From NCBI GenBank assembly GCA_973895155.1, contig OZ316893.1, positions 3,058,430-3,122,429 on the forward strand: a DNA stretch of 64,000 nt, read 5' to 3'. The notes beneath the pieces are model-generated. The model made no database searches. It was not told the origin of the DNA and worked only from the letters and a program-made list of their open reading frames with translations. Origin of the DNA: Marsupella aquatica. Lineage: Eukaryota > Plantae > Marchantiophyta. Made by a program: the position numbers and the translations under genes. This document shows, piece by piece, positions 58,790 through 64,000 of this stretch (position 1 is its first letter; every line of letters starts with the position of its first letter).

Positions 58790-60797
58790 TCATACACAAT
58801 TGCGCCACTTTTTAGAGTGGTTGTCATTCAAATTTGCACCTAAGTTGCACCATTGTCCAAGACAAGCCAGAATAATCACACAAGACACCAACAAAAAATG
58901 AAAGACTTTAACACAATGCACGAGGATCAAGGAGGATACTCCCTCCACCCGTCCCTCCATGATCCATGCAAGTAAATATTGTACATACTCACATGCAAGT
59001 AAGTATTGTACATGTTCAATATTGTGTGCATAATTTTGTATAATACTGGTAAGAGGACTTTAAATAATTGTTGATAATATTTTAGTCACTAGATCAATAG
59101 AAAATTGTTCTCCCCATATTTGTGGTGACTTTTACAGTCAATTGCAGTGTCATTTTCAATGTCAAAATACAAAAGTAATAAGGCCCAAAGACATAGTGAA
59201 GTGCATGGCACGGGCGTTGATGGCAAGGTGTCGGGCGAGGGGCACACTTGCAATGTAGGGCAGCCCCTCAAAGGGCTCTAGTCTCGCATGGGTGGGGACA
59301 GTGGGGGGGAGCGAGTGGAGTGAAGGTGAATGAGAAAAAGAGAAGACCAAAAATAGGAAAAGGGGGAAAAGGGGGAGGGGAGGTTAAGGTTTAAAAGGAA
59401 CATAAGAGAAAAAGGGAGAAATAGGAAAAAACCACCTCTCATTTTGTTATACTTTTGTGGTTGTCATAGCCAGTCTTTTGTACAATGACATCTGTTATTC
59501 AATATTTTTTTGTGCAAGGAGAAAAAATTAAAAAAGGGAACGTTTGTGGCTGCGGTAGTCAGTATTTTGCACAATGATATCTTTCACTCAACAAAAGTTT
59601 TTATGCAATAATGTATTTTAACAATTATTATTTTTATTCAACGATATCTTTTGCAGCACGATCTATTTCTCAACCACATCTTTAACCAAACAACATCTTT
59701 TGTGCAACGCACGGGGATTGAAAGGATACCTACAGAATGGTCATCTTTGCTAAACCCTAAACCCTAAAACACTAAATAAATCATGAATCCGATAATATAA
59801 CGTTGCACCAATTTATAGAGTGGTCGCCATTCAAATGCAGGGGCATTTTGGGTAAAAAAACAAAACAAAGAAAAAGACTCGCTCGGACTTCTTTCCTTGA
59901 TTTTTTACTTCATAACATCTTTCACATAACGACAGCTTGGGTGAAACGACACCAATGATTTTTCTTATAACATCTTTTACTTCACAATATCTTTGGCAAA
60001 ATGACACCTATTTCTTAACAACATCTTTCACATAATGGCATCTTTGGCAAAATGACTCCCTTTTTCTTCTAGACATCTTTTTACTTTGTGACATCTTTCA
60101 CATGTAACAACATCTTGGGCGACACGACATCTTTTTTCTTAACAACATCTTTTGTGCAAAGCACGGGTATCCTGAACAATGTCTTTGCCAACACAACATC
60201 TTTTTTTTAACAACATCTTGGCTGACAGGACAATTTTTTTCTTAATGACATCTTTTTTCTCAACAATTTCTTGGCCGACACGACATCTTTTTTTCTCAAC
60301 GACTTCTTTTCTCTCAATGACCTTTTGGGCGACACGACATCTTTTCTCTCCATGACCTCTTGGCCGACACGACATCTTTTCTTTCAACAACCTCTTGGCC
60401 GACACGACATCTTTTTTTCTCAATGACATCTTGGCCAACACAACTTCTTTACTCTCAATGACCTCTTGGGCGACACGACATCTTTTCTCTCCACATCCTC
60501 TTGGCCGACACAACATCTTTTCTTTCAACAACCTCTTGGCCGACACGACATCTTTTTTTCTCAATGACATCTTGGCCAACACAACTTCTTTACTCTCAAT
60601 GACCTCTTGGGCGACACGACATCTTTTCTCTCCACATCCTCTTGGCCGACACAACATCTTTTCTCTCCACAACCTCTTGGTTGACACAACATCTTTTCTC
60701 TCCACAACCTCTTGGGCAACACGACATCTTTTCTCTCCACAACCTCTTGGCTGACACGACATCATTTTTTCTCAATGACATCTTGGGCGACAGGACT
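58790..60797 (+). mobile_element. Further tandem/nested copies of the same Helitron family
   Basis: 5'-subterminal motif (TTGCACC..TTTA(T)AGAGTGGTCG.CATT) at ~58800 and ~59802; 3' hairpin motif GTGCAA(C/A)GCACGGG at ~59702 and ~60154 without terminal CTAG. Confidence 0.5.
60110..60792 (+). repeat. 35-bp minisatellite with a 141-bp (4-mer) higher-order repeat
   Basis: 60395-60535 is repeated almost exactly at 60536-60676. Confidence 0.9.
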
Positions 60798-60937
60798 CCC
60801 TAGGCCCTTAGTCTTACTAATACAGGGCGGACGTGCGAACGATGCAAGGGTATTTTTAATACATTGCAAAGTAATTTTTATAATAATTTTTAAAGTAGGC
60901 AACATCCCCATATATCCTATTGGAACATGTGTTCCTT
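60798..60937. mobile_element. Left end of a MITE related to 50290-50954
   Basis: CCCTAGGCCCTTAGTCTTACTAATACAGGGCGGACGTGCGAACGATGCAAGGGT vs CCCTGGGCCCCCAGCATTATTAATAATGGGTTGGACGTGCGAACGGATGAAGGGT. Confidence 0.65.
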
Positions 60938-61319
60938 GGAATGGGAACATTTTTATAAATTTTGGTTCCCCCGCAAAAAGCCCCACAGGGAGGGCAAACA
61001 AACAGACCACCAGGCCAGACCAGGCAGCATAAAATAGAGCCAAACACTCAACGCACAGACACTCAGCCAACGCAAATCTAACATCCCCCCAGTCCCCAAA
61101 ATAGTGAGAAAGGGAAGATCAATCACCAACAAGAGCCAATGCTCCAACATAAGAGGGCAACACTCAATCAGAGCAGCCCGGAATCAGTGGTCTTAGGGGT
61201 ACAAAGCACCATCCACATCAAACAATATCAAGCAAAAGAAGTGATAGCAATGCTACCACTGCCTAGCCATCCCCTACGCAGGTCATCAATCCATGATTTG
61301 GCCCAAATCAGGCGGGTGT
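60938..61319 (-). mobile_element. 3' end of a second L1 of the same family (inverted)
   Basis: Reverse complement matches 56502-56851, including the end of ORF2 and GGGGAACCAAAA.TTATAAAAATGTTCCCATTCC. Confidence 0.92.
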
Positions 61320-64000
61320 TGTGATGCCGCCGGTACGGTGGGTAATGAGTGATTTGGTCTAACCGCGCTTAGCACGTGCGTAAGGGGTATCTTAGGTCGT
61401 TATTATTAGCATAACGACAATATTTAGGTAGCCATTATGAGTAGGAAATCATTAGTCAATAAGGGGAATTCATGTTTGGGCTGGCGGCGGGTCGTCATTC
61501 GCACGCCCGGGTTGCAAGCGTGTAATGGGCCCTCTTTCCCCCTCCCTCGGGTCGGTATAACAAACTCCGGGAGGTGGCCACTGACACGAGCTGACCCGGA
61601 TCGGCAAAGTGGCCGGTACACTGCGAGCGTGAAAGGCTCGGCCTATAAGCAACAAGGAGGCGTCGGGCGATCGACGAGCTCTCAGGGTATAAAAGGGGGC
61701 CGATCCTTTGCAGTGCACCAGTTCTTCAGTCCACGCACCAGCTTTGACCCTAGCTCTCTTGCTTATCCTTAGTCACCTGCTATCTCCTCTAAATGTCGCA
61801 CACGATCCTTTCCAGTTCGGCCATACAATTTTGGACACAGTTCCTATCTATCGGAGGGCACTTGGCCGACTCATTGAAACACGCCAACCCGCGCCAATAC
61901 GAGATCGAACGCAAATACGAGAGAGCCATCCGCCTAGCAGGCCGCCACCACTATCTCCTTAACTTTGAGTACCCATCCCAGAGCAAGTTTTACCGACCCG
62001 AAGAGGTATCAGGGTACTTCTTTGATGGGGGAAAATACATCGGCTTCTGGGAGACATTACTTTGGCTTCCGAACGAGGTCTTCAATATCCCGGGCACAAT
62101 CGACTTGCAGCGGCACCACTTCGACCACATCCCCGCTTGGGTCCGGGCTATCATCAACAGCGAGTTCAACACTACCCGGTCGACAGGGCCGTCTACACTT
62201 GCTTCGGAAAACCTCCACTGACACCTGCAAAACTTCATGGCAACTCTACCATCAACAACCAATGCCGGCCAACCCGTGCCCGTACCCGCATCTACACCTC
62301 CTCAGCCTCAGCCGAACCGGTCCCCGCCACCGGTCCCACCACCTCTCCGAGTACTATCCATGGTGAATGCGGTGAATATTAGCTCCAAAGACGAGGAGGC
62401 TCACCCTCCTCTGAATCGACGGCCGCGGGGTATGACTCAACAAGCGCTGAACAACCCAGCATCACTCCAGCAAGCCCAAGGGGATAACACGGTAACTCTA
62501 GCGGCCCCGGCACCAATACTCACTGCAGTCGCGCTACCACCACCTGACCAAGAGGAAGGAGAGATGTCCCCTTCTTCTAGTCACCCCGGGAATCAGTCTT
62601 GGGGTAGGAAGAGGGAGGAACCCACAGCCGTATCCGGGTTGTCATTGGCCACGGTTGCGGTAGCCAAATTGACCATGCATCGCATGGGGGACAATGTTCA
62701 CAAGAACATCCTCCACCCCAAGCATGTATGCTATCTGAAGACCCAAGGGTTTGAGCACCTGAGCACCTCTCTCCCTTGGAACGGAAGCAGGTACTATGGG
62801 CAGGATATGACGGAGTTCATTCAGAACTTCGACGAGGCCCGTCAACAAACCTGAGCGCACGGGAGAGTGATGTGTCTCAATGAGGCACGTCTGAAGATGA
62901 TTTTCAGCTTACCGAGGGGATAAACCGAGTAGAGTCGTGGGCTCCTGAGGGCAAGGGAGCTAAATACCAGTCCTCTAGCTTCCCGGCCGAGGGGGTAGTG
63001 GACAATGGGTTCTTAATGAGGACGTGCCTCATCCCGGAGGTAGCAGAACGCCTGGAGTTCCAGCAGTATGCCCTCCACATGATGGAACCCAGAGGTGAAA
63101 TATCGGCCGCCCAGGTCATCCAGGTGGAGAACTATCGGCCCAGGAAGTGGGCATCCTTCTTCGTCAAGAAGTGGACCCGCAACCCCTTGTTGCCACCCCG
63201 CCAAGCATACCCATAGACATTATCGCAACCTTAGACGCGATCAATCGGGACAATGCAATCAAAGCTGGGCTGGATGAAGCCATACCCGAAGCAGATGCCA
63301 TGGTGGCCAAGGAGATTTCGCCACCCCCCGCGGTTGTGCAGGAGAACCGCTCACCTCCAATGGAACCAGCCCCTTCGACCGACTTACCTCAAGGGCTGGA
63401 TATGTCCACTCCTACTCCTGCACGGGTTGGAGTCTGCCCGTGCTCGAATCCAGATGGCCACAGTCTAGACCATCCGGAACTCTTTGCGCCGGGCACATTT
63501 CTGAATGGGTTGTTGGGAGATTTCTCTCAACAAATCTCTTGAGACACCGGGGAATACATGGCCTAGAGGGTGGCCTACTTCTTCAACCAGGAGTTGGTTG
63601 CGGCTGTAAGGGCAGGACATGCGCAGGCAGGGACAGCGCAGACAATAGAGCAATATCGGGTTGAGTCTGCCTACCTGAAGGACAAAGTGGCAACCCTGGA
63701 GGCTGAACTCCAGCAACTACGGCCTCAGGTAATGGCCACGGAGGACCAGGTTGCCGAGGCTAGGGCCCGAGCAGCTTTAGAAGAACAGGCCGGGCTCGGA
63801 AAGGATGCCAAGATCGCACGGCTTCGAACCAAGATTGACGGTTTGAAGGGACAAGCCGTCAGTTGGCAAAAGGATCTGGAGGAAGCTGACTCTAGGTCTC
63901 AGCAAGACACAGCCAAGATTGACACCCTGAAGGTAGAGGTGGCGCGGCTTCAAGGAGAAGCCACGAAACAGGCCCAGTTGGTGGATAAGCTAACGAGTGA
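61320..64000. mobile_element. Probable LTR-retrotransposon end with degraded accessory ORFs (coiled-coil), running off the window
   Basis: L1 homology stops abruptly at TGTGATG; GC-rich body; TATAAAAG at ~61688; broken plus-strand ORFs 61793-64000 including a heptad-rich segment at 63590-64000. No gag/pol or second terminus visible. Confidence 0.4.

Noticed and set aside
60139-60765. 208-aa and 119-aa repetitive ORFs
   Set aside because: Translations of the 35-bp satellite; no coding evidence.
58070-60792. CRISPR-like regular ~35-bp periodicity
   Set aside because: Contiguous degenerate monomers without unique spacers; no cas genes; eukaryotic context.

Overview
Eukaryotic, repeat-rich plant genomic DNA; the mix of ZNFX1, CRE-type LINEs and a plant sterol desaturase suggests a non-seed plant such as a bryophyte or liverwort (inference). 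Host genes are few: a 5'-truncated ZNFX1 helicase/RZ-finger pseudogene (~3.7-7.6 kb), one intact small secreted Cys-protein gene (9077-9475) with decayed paralogues, and a 3-exon Delta7-sterol C5-desaturase (DWF7/STE1-like, 45827-47358). The rest is nested transposable elements, several with exact ends and TSDs: a young intact Ty1/copia (10642-16482), a 9.7-kb CACTA (30548-40218), a full-length L1 (48769-56852), CRE-type LINE remnants, non-autonomous Helitrons with a 35-bp satellite, and small TIR elements. Two TE cargo genes stand out. (1) The CACTA carries a spliced SET-domain gene whose first exon encodes the transposase-associated Zn motif, a divergent TnpA-like gene, and four CG-rich TTCGCAA motif clusters; together a candidate transposon-encoded chromatin-modifying/anti-silencing system. 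(2) The copia carries an intact antisense ORF with an RNase H1-N/caulimovirus-P6-type hybrid/dsRNA-binding domain. All calls were made by eye without database searches.
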